Below, piece by piece: positions 9,351 to 18,786 of a DNA stretch of 64,000 bases. The DNA lies in assembly GCA_018303405.1 (NCBI GenBank), contig JAGVYD010000009.1:64856-128855 (forward strand), read 5' to 3'. The position numbers were made by a program, and so were the translations under genes. The DNA is from Candidatus Woesearchaeota archaeon (GTDB taxonomy: Archaea > Nanobdellota > Nanobdellia > Woesearchaeales > JABMPP01). Numbering within the stretch: the first letter of the stretch is position 1; each line of letters opens with the position of its first letter. Under the pieces are notes generated by a model. That model was given only the letters and a program-made list of their open reading frames with translations, had not been told where the DNA came from and did not search any database.

Positions 9351-11930
9351 CTAATATATTTGCTGAAAACGCATATAATTGCCTGCATCTATAATTGTGC
9401 ACTCAGGAAGGCAGACTGTTATGGGCTTGGAGGCTGAATTTAGGAGGATTATGCTTTGAAGGTTTGTGGAAACAGACATGTTGACAGAAGCTTTTATAGA
9501 GAGTGTCACGGCTGTGGCGAAATCAGGATATTTTTCCTGGATTTCCGGGGAAACATTTATGCCAATGTTATTGTCTGATGCAGTGAGCTGTACGCCATCC
9601 AAAAAACCCAGCCAAAGATGCAATTGGTCAAGATTCATGAATTGAGCGCGATGGTCCTTTGCATATTCCACAAAAGAAACAAGGCTGGCAAAATCACCAG
9701 TTTCAAAGTTGAAATGCTGGAAAGCAAGCAAGACATAAGGCTTGACTGGCCAGCTTGCCTCATACTCAGAAATAAGCGCATCCGCATCCTTATTTTTCAT
9801 TGAAGCCCAGTCTTTAACCATGGAAATCCCCTGGTCATATCGCTTAAGACCGTATTCATCAGCAACAATTGGGTCACCGGGAACAGAACTGTAAATTATA
9901 TAACCAAGGCTGGCCAATGCCTTCAGTGTATTTTTATCCGATGATGAATATGGAGGGACAAAAGCCAAGGGGACAATCCCAAGCTTATCTTCGATAATAT
10001 TCCTGCCCTGCTCAATGTCATTCCACTGGGATGCGTAATCCCGGCCTGCAAATTCTGATCCCAGCCCATAGTCATGGTATGAGAAGCCATTTTGTGCTAT
10101 GGCAATATCGTGCGTTGAGATATAACTCCTAAGCAGGTCCAGAGACGAATTATTCAGCTCAAGCAAATCAGCAGGGATTATGCTCAAGGTCAATGGCGTG
10201 GAATTCAAGTCGTTCAGAATCCGGCTGAAGCTTTCTGCTTTCCAGATGTTGCCCTTGCCATCTTCCCTATAGACTCCTGCTGCATTGTCCATGCGCAAAA
10301 CTATTATGCTGTTTCCCCCATAGGGAATCCTGGAAAGGGTAACAGCGCGGTCAAGCAAATACTTGTCATTAAGAGAGGGAAGCGTCTCATCCTTGCTGAA
10401 AATATAGTATGGCCTTTCACCATCTGACAAAACAGCAATGAGATTAAACCTCTGCAATAGGATTTGCAGGAATTCATCATCTGTATTCTGGCAGTCAATA
10501 TCTTTCCGGAAACATGTTATACCCGCACTTATGTATACCAGGCCTCCTGCTTTTTGGTCTGTTGCAAATGCCTGATAATAGCCCTCCTGTGAGTAATAGT
10601 TTGGAACAAATAGGTAATCCAGGTATGCTGCAGGGACGGGAGTATTTGTTATGATTTTCGTGCCAAAGGGCAAATTGGCAAATGCCTTGTTGAGCCCTTT
10701 TTTGAAACCAGGGTTATAATTTGCAGAATCCATTACCAGCGGCACATTCAAAGCTGCGCCTGAAATTGCAGCAATGACAAAAATGGTCACCAAAAGTGGC
10801 ATGAATTTAGGAGGTGCGGGCAGGATTCGCTGATTTCTTGTAAAATGCAAGATAGCATAGGCTGAGAGTATTGCCACAAATGGGAGGAAAGATATCAAAA
10901 ATCTTGGCTGCTTGTTGCCAATATATGTGTAGTAAGAGAAAAATATGAGAAAGGAAGCCATGAGCGCCGTTTTATTGCTATCCTCCCAAAATTTTGCGCG
11001 CGCAAGGAGTATCAGGCCGGCAATTGATAACAGCAAGAGGAAATTCTGCCTTGCCATTTCAAAAAGATAGTACATAAGATTGGCATATATGCCATGTATT
11101 GCCTCAGCAGGGTTTTCCTGGTGCCATATGCCAAGAATCCATGGCCTGAAAAGCGCATGTGACACTTTTGCGGTTTCCCCATGATAGATTGCATAATTAA
11201 ATGCCATAAACATCATGACAGGGATGGCAAAGGCAATGAGCATTTTTAGGATGCTGACAAAAAGGGGGAAAAAGTGCGAATAAAATTTTCCCTCGCCTCC
11301 AACAGTATTTTTCCTATTTTTTTTGATTTGTGCCTTATAATTGCCGCGTGGGAGGCTGATGAGCGTGGCCGCCGCCATGGCAAGGCCGCACACTGCCAGA
11401 ACCAGCCCGCTGGGCCACCTGAAAAGAAAAGCAAGGGATGAGAATAAGCCCACAAGCCAGTATTTTTTCCCCAGCAGGAAATATATTGCCAGAATGCAAA
11501 ATGTGATTGAAGGTATGTCGGTCATTGGCTGGCTTGCCCAGAAAAAAAATGAAGAAGTCGTCATTACAAGCACAGATGACAAAAGACCAGTCTCCTTGTT
11601 GAAGACCCTTGACCCCAAAAGGAAGGTTGAATATGCGAACAAGATTGAAAAGGCTATGGCCAAAATCCTGGAAGCCAAGATAACATCAATGCCCAGCTTC
11701 CACAATGGCCCAATTAGAAGAGACAGCCCTATAGGCCGAATAATTTCCATGAAACCCAAATGCCCTGCGGAAAATAAAAACTTGGCAATGCCAATGTATA
11801 CAGCGCTGTCCCAGTAAATCCGGGGATACAAAACAAGCATGAGAATCTGCAAAAATAAGAATATTGCAATGAATACCCAAAACAAGCGCAATACCCCTGT
11901 CTTATCATCCTTCTTGCTTTTGGAAAGCAT
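9351..11930 (-). CDS. Fusion protein: an N-terminal GT-C (PMT_2/ArnT-like) membrane glycosyltransferase joined to a C-terminal polysaccharide-deacetylase-like domain (about 450 aa, NodB/DUF2334-like).
   Basis: The N-terminal 400 aa have YWDSAVYIGIAKF...IRP and many TM helices. The C-terminal domain contains HDYG and FVPPYSS (compare the RPPxG deacetylase motif) and a TIM-barrel-like alternation. 859 aa in total. Confidence 0.55.
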   Translation of the reverse strand: MLSKSKKDDKTGVLRLFWVFIAIFLFLQILMLVLYPRIYWDSAVYIGIAKFLFSAGHLGFMEIIRPIGLSLLIGPLWKLGIDVILASRILAIAFSILFAYSTFLLGSRVFNKETGLLSSVLVMTTSSFFFWASQPMTDIPSITFCILAIYFLLGKKYWLVGLFSSLAFLFRWPSGLVLAVCGLAMAAATLISLPRGNYKAQIKKNRKNTVGGEGKFYSHFFPLFVSILKMLIAFAIPVMMFMAFNYAIYHGETAKVSHALFRPWILGIWHQENPAEAIHGIYANLMYYLFEMARQNFLLLLSIAGLILLARAKFWEDSNKTALMASFLIFFSYYTYIGNKQPRFLISFLPFVAILSAYAILHFTRNQRILPAPPKFMPLLVTIFVIAAISGAALNVPLVMDSANYNPGFKKGLNKAFANLPFGTKIITNTPVPAAYLDYLFVPNYYSQEGYYQAFATDQKAGGLVYISAGITCFRKDIDCQNTDDEFLQILLQRFNLIAVLSDGERPYYIFSKDETLPSLNDKYLLDRAVTLSRIPYGGNSIIVLRMDNAAGVYREDGKGNIWKAESFSRILNDLNSTPLTLSIIPADLLELNNSSLDLLRSYISTHDIAIAQNGFSYHDYGLGSEFAGRDYASQWNDIEQGRNIIEDKLGIVPLAFVPPYSSSDKNTLKALASLGYIIYSSVPGDPIVADEYGLKRYDQGISMVKDWASMKNKDADALISEYEASWPVKPYVLLAFQHFNFETGDFASLVSFVEYAKDHRAQFMNLDQLHLWLGFLDGVQLTASDNNIGINVSPEIQEKYPDFATAVTLSIKASVNMSVSTNLQSIILLNSASKPITVCLPECTIIDAGNYMRFQQIY

Positions 11931-12050
11931 TGAATCTGCCTATTTGGCTGGCCATAAAAAGCTTTCTAGGGCAGGTGCAATGGTATGGCAGCTGCGAGAA
12001 CCCAACTTGTGCGGCTTATATGGCAAATATCGTATTGCATGCCTGAGCCA

Positions 12051-12752
12051 TCAATCGGCACATTCTGGCCTGGAATTACTGAAACTGGAGCAGATAATAT
12101 CCCCCAATTGCGCCCTGTTGTAGTATCCTTCATATTTCTGGTCTTCTATAACTATTGCAGGAAGGCTGTAAACCTGATAGCGCTTTCGCAGCAATTCTAT
12201 TACAGGCTCGTCTTTCTCGAGGTCAACATTGATTGGGAAAACCAGCAGGCTCTGCTCATAAATTTTTTTGTGGTATGTCAGCACCACACCAAGGTCTGAG
12301 CATTGCGGGCAATTCTCCTCAGAAAAGAAATACAGGACTGTGACTACATCCAGATTGCAGTTGCGCTTAGTTTCCCTGGCAAGAACCCAGTATTTCAGGT
12401 TGTCGAGAAGATATCTCCTCTTGATCAGTGTGAACTGGTTCTTCTGCAGCCTGCTTTCCTGCTCATATTGCGTGACCCTGTCAAGAGAGTAATCCAAATC
12501 TGATATTGCATCGTCAAGGCTGCCGTACAGAACAGAACAGCTTGCATTGTCATTCTGTATATATGTCAGATATATGGTCTGGAATTGAAGCCGCTTGTAA
12601 TCAAGGTCAAATTGCTCATTTGCCTGGCTGGACCAGCGCAGCCGCTGGTAATCCATGATTATTCCAAGTGCCACGCCGAGTGCAAATATAAGCAGGGTGA
12701 ATACCCCTGCTGCCATATATATTTTCTTGCTGAATTTGCGATTTGATGCCAT
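12051..12752 (-). CDS. Membrane-anchored thioredoxin-fold protein with a CPQC active-site motif.
   Basis: A single N-terminal TM helix is followed by ENCPQCS (a CxxC motif). A cis-Pro-like YSLPAIVIE segment follows. About 230 aa. It is embedded in the glycosyltransferase cluster. Confidence 0.5.
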   Translation of the reverse strand: MASNRKFSKKIYMAAGVFTLLIFALGVALGIIMDYQRLRWSSQANEQFDLDYKRLQFQTIYLTYIQNDNASCSVLYGSLDDAISDLDYSLDRVTQYEQESRLQKNQFTLIKRRYLLDNLKYWVLARETKRNCNLDVVTVLYFFSEENCPQCSDLGVVLTYHKKIYEQSLLVFPINVDLEKDEPVIELLRKRYQVYSLPAIVIEDQKYEGYYNRAQLGDIICSSFSNSRPECAD

Positions 12753-12756
12753 GCTG

Positions 12757-14034
12757 CTACCACTTTTGCCTTTTGCCTATTATGACCTCCAGTATTACAA
12801 TCAAGGTTATAAAGCTGAGCATGATATAATAGAGGAAAAAGTAATACAGGATCTGGAAGACGCTCGCTTTTCTCACTTTTTCCTTGGCATTGCGATGAGC
12901 CAAAACCACAGTTGCGAATGTAATTAAAAAAAGGGACACGAAAATGAAAACGTTAGAAATGTCAATGTCCAGCACCGTAAACTTGAAGGTGAAGAAATCT
13001 TCAAGGTATGGAAGCAAGTCAAAGCGAATAAGCCATGTGTTCCAAAGCTGCTTGATTATTGGATAAAGGAAAAAGTATGAGAATAACGTCAGCCCTGCAA
13101 TCGCCAGGAAAAAATTGAAGACATTCACGGACATCTGCATAATGCCAAAATCACCGTAATTCTTATTCAGGAAAAGGTTGCGATATTTATAGGCGTTGAG
13201 AAGGCCCCCCTTATACCACCTGTTTCTCTGTTTGTACAGTTCCCTGGTATTTTCCGGCGCAATGGTGTAGACATTCGCATCAAAGCACTGCTTGATCTTG
13301 TAATTGTGCTTTTGCACCCGGTATGCGATTTCCATGTCCTCTGTGAGGTTTGATTCGCTGAAGCCCCCCAGCTTTTTGATGATGGATGTCCTATAGAGTG
13401 AAAACGGCCCCGGTGCCACGTAAAGGCAGTCCAGCTGGCTCATCAGGCGGGCCACAAAAATAACAGAAATGTATTCTATTCTCTGAAGCTTCTGGAAAAA
13501 TTTCTTTGGCTTCTTTACTTTCATTGCAGGGGTAACAATGGCGAGCCTGGAACCGCCTTTTTCAAAGGTATGGACCATTTTTTTAAGGGTGTCGGGCTCT
13601 ACTGTGGAATCTGCATCAAGGCAGACAAATAATTTTGTATGAAGCCTTTGCAGGGCTATGTTCAGGGAATTGGCTTTTCCGCTGTTGGCTTTGCTGATGA
13701 GAGTAAGGCGATTGCCAGTTTTCTCAGCCCGCATGAATTTTTTCACTTTTTGGGCTGTTTTGTCTTTGCTGCCATCATTTATCACAATGACCTGCAGCTT
13801 CTCTGGAGGGTATTCAAGCCTAAAAATGGATTCAAGACAGCTGTAAATGTGATGCTCTTCATTATAAGCAGGGATGACCACTGTTACCGTGGGAAAATCC
13901 AGTAATGCCCTGTCCCCATCCTCTTCTTCCTTAAAGGCCATTTCCCTGGAAATGAAGACCATAAGCCAGAATATAGTGATGTATAGGCCGACAATATATG
14001 CTCCCCATATTATTAGCGTTGTTCCGAAATCCAT
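12757..14034 (-). CDS. Processive family-2 glycosyltransferase (synthase type), resembling PgaC, chitin or cellulose synthase.
   Basis: VVIPAYNEE...DGSKD...LDADS (DxD motif), then QRNRWYKG (the QxxRW motif). TM helices at both ends give the synthase-like topology. Confidence 0.75.
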   Translation of the reverse strand: MDFGTTLIIWGAYIVGLYITIFWLMVFISREMAFKEEEDGDRALLDFPTVTVVIPAYNEEHHIYSCLESIFRLEYPPEKLQVIVINDGSKDKTAQKVKKFMRAEKTGNRLTLISKANSGKANSLNIALQRLHTKLFVCLDADSTVEPDTLKKMVHTFEKGGSRLAIVTPAMKVKKPKKFFQKLQRIEYISVIFVARLMSQLDCLYVAPGPFSLYRTSIIKKLGGFSESNLTEDMEIAYRVQKHNYKIKQCFDANVYTIAPENTRELYKQRNRWYKGGLLNAYKYRNLFLNKNYGDFGIMQMSVNVFNFFLAIAGLTLFSYFFLYPIIKQLWNTWLIRFDLLPYLEDFFTFKFTVLDIDISNVFIFVSLFLITFATVVLAHRNAKEKVRKASVFQILYYFFLYYIMLSFITLIVILEVIIGKRQKW

Positions 14035-14085
14035 TTTAACCCTGATTCCCCGATGTTGCCTGAAAACGTGGTGGCGGGATGCACA

Positions 14086-15621
14086 TTACCCAAATGAAAT
14101 TACTTCCCAGATTTCCATGTTATCCTGGTCATATATATTCTTAAAAGTTTCGTTGTTTTTCAGCAGCAAAAGCATGCCCTGGTCAGGCCTCTTCCAGACC
14201 AGACCTTCCTTCATTTTCTCGTCTATAAATATGTACCTAATATTATTCTGGGACAACAATGAAACCACTGTTTTGAGGTCCCTGGACTGGAAGATTTCTT
14301 CAGAGATTTCATAGCGGCCATTTGGATTTGGCGCAAATTCGAATTTGGAATCCATGAAAGAAGGCATGCCTGTGAAATATTCAATCCAGACCCCATTGGA
14401 ATAGTGGCTGAGCATTGTGCCCTCGGCAAGGCCGATGGAATACCTATTCTGGCCCAGCCAGCTAAGGGCGGCCACAGTTTTGACTGATGGCTCTGCTTTG
14501 GAAATCGTTGCCACGTTGTTTATGGCACTGAAAAGTATTCCACATACCAAGACAAGCAATGTCATTTTTTTCAAGAGCTTGATTTCCCATCGTGATTTTA
14601 TCAGGTGAAAAAAAGCCAACACCGACAAGGCGCATATGGCTATATTTGCATATAAAACAAAGTCCTTATTTAGCAGAACCAACAGGCTCAGGACAGCTAT
14701 GATGGTGTATACAGGCCAAAATCTCTCCTTTTTGGGCCATGTGATAAAAATGGATTGCACAGAGAGTATTATGACAAATATTGAGATGCCCGCTGCAGAG
14801 CCTATGCCTGCAAAAAACGATGAGACGAAGCTTGTTTGGGCAAATCCAGGAGCTTCTGATGTCAGAGTGAGATTGAGAAGAATCAGGTATACAGCTGACA
14901 ACAGGGTTACTGGTATAAAAACTGCGAGATAGCGCTTTATTTTTCTGAAAGAAATGGAATAGGCCAGCAGAATCAGGATGGCTGATGCAGCATGCGCCAC
15001 GCCAAACAGTGGCATGACAAGGAATATGATTGTTGACAGGCTTGCAATGAACAGGTTTTCAGAGATGAAGAGGTAAGAACCCAGCAAGAAAAGGAAAATT
15101 GCAAACCCTGCAGATTTGGATTTTGAAAAAGTATCAATATAAAGGGGAGAGCAGATAAATATCACCACAGCCAAAAAGCTGTGCTTGGGATTCACATTGA
15201 GGCTTTTTAGAATCATAAATAGCAAAAGTACTGAGAAAATCCCCAGCATGAAGGGAAGTGTTCTGGAGGCTGATTCTATTCCCACCAGTCTTGACAAGCT
15301 GGAAAGCGCTATCGGGTAAGGGTCAAACACATAAGGCCTTCCGCCGTAACTGAGCGGGTCATAGGTAATTATCTGGTTGTCCTTTGAATATGCCTGAGCA
15401 ATTCTGGCATTGTAGTAGGAGTGTTCGCCAGGCAAGTAAGGATTGCCATCAATATGCCTGAGAATAATCGGGAGGGACAATATTATTGCAGCTGCCAGAA
15501 GGGCAAAAATAAGCGCATATATCCAGCTGAACCTAAAATTGCTAATCCTGAATATCAAAAACTTTTTGCCGGCAGGAAGGCTTTTCTTGCCCCCTGATTT
15601 GCTTATGGTAATCTTTGCCAT
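14086..15621 (-). CDS. Polytopic membrane protein, putative GT-C-like glycosyltransferase. It is a paralog of the 15631..17130 gene.
   Basis: About 13 TM helices plus a C-terminal soluble domain. The first loop (DGNPYLPGEHSYYNARI...YDPLSYGGRPY) has a shared LSYGGR motif that aligns with its neighbour. Confidence 0.45.
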   Translation of the reverse strand: MAKITISKSGGKKSLPAGKKFLIFRISNFRFSWIYALIFALLAAAIILSLPIILRHIDGNPYLPGEHSYYNARIAQAYSKDNQIITYDPLSYGGRPYVFDPYPIALSSLSRLVGIESASRTLPFMLGIFSVLLLFMILKSLNVNPKHSFLAVVIFICSPLYIDTFSKSKSAGFAIFLFLLGSYLFISENLFIASLSTIIFLVMPLFGVAHAASAILILLAYSISFRKIKRYLAVFIPVTLLSAVYLILLNLTLTSEAPGFAQTSFVSSFFAGIGSAAGISIFVIILSVQSIFITWPKKERFWPVYTIIAVLSLLVLLNKDFVLYANIAICALSVLAFFHLIKSRWEIKLLKKMTLLVLVCGILFSAINNVATISKAEPSVKTVAALSWLGQNRYSIGLAEGTMLSHYSNGVWIEYFTGMPSFMDSKFEFAPNPNGRYEISEEIFQSRDLKTVVSLLSQNNIRYIFIDEKMKEGLVWKRPDQGMLLLLKNNETFKNIYDQDNMEIWEVISFG

Positions 15622-15630
15622 TCTTTCCCC

Positions 15631-17130
15631 TTAATTTTGATTTACAATGCAGCTTGACTTGTATATCATGATATTGTCCGAATCATATACCTTGGTTATG
15701 CATTTTCCGTCCTCGTAAGCAAGACTGTCAACGTCAAGCGCCCTTCTGGTCCTTGGGCTCAGATAAATGTAATTGACACCATATTTGTTCAGCAATAAAA
15801 CAGCGTTTGTCAGGAATCGGCCTTTATAGAGCGTGTTGATATCTTCAAGCCTTTGGCCCAAATCACCTATGAGTATAAAATTTGTGTCTGCAATAGTCTT
15901 CCTGCCTGCCATATAAGCAATGATATGCCCCTCTTCAGGTGATGCCAGGATTGTGCTGGATTCAGGGGTATTTTCCCTCAGCCATGCCAAGGCTTCGACT
16001 TCAGCCGCAGTTGGCATGTTCATATTCTTGTTGTCATCTGCTGCCTCTATAGATGGCACCAGCGATGTGATGATGACAACGGCATAAAGCCCGATTACCA
16101 TATAAGGCCAGTAATGCGCTAATTTGGTCTTTTGTATGTAATAAAAAAACTTGACATAGAACTGGCTGAACAGCACAGCCAACACCGCCCCAAGAAAAAT
16201 AAACCCTATTGTGAGGCTGATCAGTTTCAGCCATAATATGATGGCTATGGAAACCGCAAATGCAACAAGTATGTACAGGTTCTTATTCTTCTGTCCGTAA
16301 AGCCCCTTGTATATGATGTAAATGCCGAACAGGAAAGGCAGCACGCCTATCATCAGGATTGCCTGAAAAAAATCAATGCCTACAAAATTCTGGCGGTAAA
16401 GGATAGGTGGAAGGTTTTGCCAGATAACAGAGTACCCGTGAATCAGGATTGCTTTCTTGTAAATCATGAGATTGGCCCAGAGCCATAAAAAAGCCGAAAA
16501 TATGGCCAGCTCAATTTCTTTTTGCGAAATTTTGATCTTCTCGAGCTTGCAGATCAACAGGTAAAAGTAGATTGCCATTATCAGTACAATTGATATTGGA
16601 TGGGCAAGGACAAGAATGGCAAAGAAAATTATGTAGGATGTGACATATTTGCTGTTTTGCTGGATTTTCATAAAACAATACATCAAAAAGAACAGCAACG
16701 GGACCACGAATGACATCACTGAGGCAGAGACTATTGTTTCAGCAAAAAATATCGGGATAAACCCTGACAGCAGGGCTGAAAAAAGAGAGGCATTCGAATT
16801 CTTGGTCAATTCCCTGCTGACGAGGAAGACAACTATGGTCAGAAGGCTTGCGAGCAGATTAGGCAAAATTTTTGCCACAAGGTCAGGTGCCAGCAAATAG
16901 CTTCCCCCTGCCAGCAAGTAGTGAAAAGAGGGCAAAAATGTGAAAAACCTGCCACCGTAGCTGAGCTCGTCGTTGTATGCCGGAATGCCTGTTTCCCTTA
17001 TAATGCCCGCCTGGCGAAGATTGAAATATGCATCATAGTCAAGGTATTCGTCTCCGAACGCGATATATAGCCTTATGGAGAAAACTAATGCAAATATCAG
17101 TCCAAGCGCTAAATATTCCTTCTTTATCAT
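15631..17130 (-). CDS. Polytopic membrane protein, putative GT-C-like glycosyltransferase. It is a paralog of the 14086..15621 gene.
   Basis: The first loop (FGDEYLDYDAYFNLRQAG...NDELSYGGRFF) aligns with the neighbour. Many TM helices, C-terminal soluble domain. Confidence 0.45.
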   Translation of the reverse strand: MIKKEYLALGLIFALVFSIRLYIAFGDEYLDYDAYFNLRQAGIIRETGIPAYNDELSYGGRFFTFLPSFHYLLAGGSYLLAPDLVAKILPNLLASLLTIVVFLVSRELTKNSNASLFSALLSGFIPIFFAETIVSASVMSFVVPLLFFLMYCFMKIQQNSKYVTSYIIFFAILVLAHPISIVLIMAIYFYLLICKLEKIKISQKEIELAIFSAFLWLWANLMIYKKAILIHGYSVIWQNLPPILYRQNFVGIDFFQAILMIGVLPFLFGIYIIYKGLYGQKNKNLYILVAFAVSIAIILWLKLISLTIGFIFLGAVLAVLFSQFYVKFFYYIQKTKLAHYWPYMVIGLYAVVIITSLVPSIEAADDNKNMNMPTAAEVEALAWLRENTPESSTILASPEEGHIIAYMAGRKTIADTNFILIGDLGQRLEDINTLYKGRFLTNAVLLLNKYGVNYIYLSPRTRRALDVDSLAYEDGKCITKVYDSDNIMIYKSSCIVNQN

Positions 17131-17183
17131 CGGATAGTAAAAAATATGAAGGTATAAAAAGGTTTATGTAAGAGTAAGCATAC

Positions 17184-17915
17184 ATGGGCACTTGGGCTGC
17201 AAGTGCCTTGATGGTGCCGGTTCAGGGTATTAGGCTGGATGCAATGACGGGAAAGCAAGAAGTTGGAGGGATACTGCAAAAATTATCACCTGGAATCAGG
17301 GGAGTCATAACTATCTATGGCGAAGGAGGATCTGGCAAGACCATGATTTGCCTTGAAGCCTGCATCAATGTCGCCCTGCAGGGAAAAAAGATAATTTATG
17401 TGGACCCCCAGAACAATTTTTCTGCAGAAAGGATTAAGCAAATAGCCCCCGATGGAAAGGCAAGGGATATCCTTTCAAAGATTATTATTGTAACACCGGA
17501 GGGCTTTGAAGACCAGGAAAAATTATTTGACAGGCTCAGAAAAGGCATCAGGGAAGGCGTTGGCCTGCTTGTTGTGGATCCAATCTCTGTTTTCTACAGG
17601 CTGGAATTCGCCAAGAAGGACAAAAAAGCCTATTTGATCAATCGCAATCTCGGGGTCCAGCTTAGCTACCTGAATGACATTTCGCGAAAATCCAACATTC
17701 CTGTATTCATTACAGCCCAGGTGCAGGCAAGCCCTGAGACCAAGCAGGAAGCCTCCATCGTAGGTGGGTCAGTGATAGACCATATGAGCGGATATGTTAT
17801 AGAAATCAGGCGCATTGACAACAAGAGAAGGCAGGTTGTCCTGAAAAAGCCCAAGGGAACAGGCAGGAAAGAAGTTGCTTTCGAGATTCTTGAAAAAGGC
17901 ATTTCCATTTTGTGA
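17184..17915 (+). CDS. radB: RadB-like RecA-superfamily ATPase, a DNA repair and recombination protein.
   Basis: Walker A is GEGGSGKT and Walker B is LLVVD. About 240 aa with no N-terminal HhH domain, so it is RadB rather than RadA. The start codon is uncertain (alternatives at Met10 and Met21). Confidence 0.7.
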   Translation: MGTWAASALMVPVQGIRLDAMTGKQEVGGILQKLSPGIRGVITIYGEGGSGKTMICLEACINVALQGKKIIYVDPQNNFSAERIKQIAPDGKARDILSKIIIVTPEGFEDQEKLFDRLRKGIREGVGLLVVDPISVFYRLEFAKKDKKAYLINRNLGVQLSYLNDISRKSNIPVFITAQVQASPETKQEASIVGGSVIDHMSGYVIEIRRIDNKRRQVVLKKPKGTGRKEVAFEILEKGISIL

Positions 17916-17985
17916 GACGAAATTAAAGGGGCCAAATGCAGGATAGTTAGAAAAATAAAAAAATAATGAATGCCAAAAGGAAAAA

Positions 17986-18579
17986 TTATTCCTCCATCCA
18001 CTGGTCAATCTTCAGCTCCTCATCTGAGATTGGCGTGCCCCTTCTTTTAAGGTATTCCCTTGTAAGGATGTAGAAAAGCAATCCCAGGCTCTTCTTGCCC
18101 TTGTTGTTGCACGGCACCACAAGGTCTATTCCATTTGCCTGGTTGTTTGTGTCGCACAAGGCAATTACGGGTATGCCAACCTTCAGCGCGTCATTGATTG
18201 CGTTCCTGTCAGGCCATGCATCAGTTGCCAGTATGATTTTAGCTTCTGTAAAAATCTCGAGCTGTGGATTCGTGAGTATTCCTGGAGGGTATCTGCCGGC
18301 AAAAACCCTGGCACCCGTGTACTTTCCAAAAAGCCTGACCGCGTCCCAGCCGTTTTCCCTCCTGCTGACAACAACTATATCCTCGGGCGCGTAATTGGCC
18401 AGCATGTTGGCCGCAAGCTTGAGCCTTTCATCTATCTTCTGGAGGTTCAGGACGCAAAGCCCGTCCGACCGTATCTTGTAGATAAACTGCTCCATGTATT
18501 TTGTCTGGAACCTTGTGCCGATGTGTATGCCTGACTTCAAATATATTTTAGTCGGCAACAAAAATTGCTCTTCTGCCAT
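17986..18579 (-). CDS. rps2: 30S ribosomal protein S2 (uS2).
   Basis: The sequence LLPTKIYLKSGIHIGTRFQTKYM...VVVSRRENG...IPVIALCDTN is characteristic of archaeal uS2. Confidence 0.85.
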   Translation of the reverse strand: MAEEQFLLPTKIYLKSGIHIGTRFQTKYMEQFIYKIRSDGLCVLNLQKIDERLKLAANMLANYAPEDIVVVSRRENGWDAVRLFGKYTGARVFAGRYPPGILTNPQLEIFTEAKIILATDAWPDRNAINDALKVGIPVIALCDTNNQANGIDLVVPCNNKGKKSLGLLFYILTREYLKRRGTPISDEELKIDQWMEE

Positions 18580-18786
18580 TTTAATCCTCCATTCTGATTT
18601 TTACGTTCTTCATATAGTGTTGATTGTGCTGTAACATTGAAGAAATTCATGTTACTGCATTTTATCGCCTTGCAGTGCGCCCTGAGTCCCTTTCGGCCAA
18701 CCTCATGGCTAGGCAATGCCATTTAGGAGAAGAGGGGGGTTTAAAAAGGTTTTGACAGGACGGGCCAGGTTTCATGCAAGGCGGCC

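Noticed and set aside
14086-17130. AglB/STT3 oligosaccharyltransferase identity for the 13-TM paralogs.
   Set aside because: No WWDYG motif or DxD/DK signature of STT3 is present. I kept the generic GT-C-like call.
18600-18786. A possible small RNA between rps2 and livF (GC-rich segment with local hairpins).
   Set aside because: I could not find a convincing conserved structure or a match to SRP or RNase P RNA motifs. It is probably a promoter and 5' UTR.
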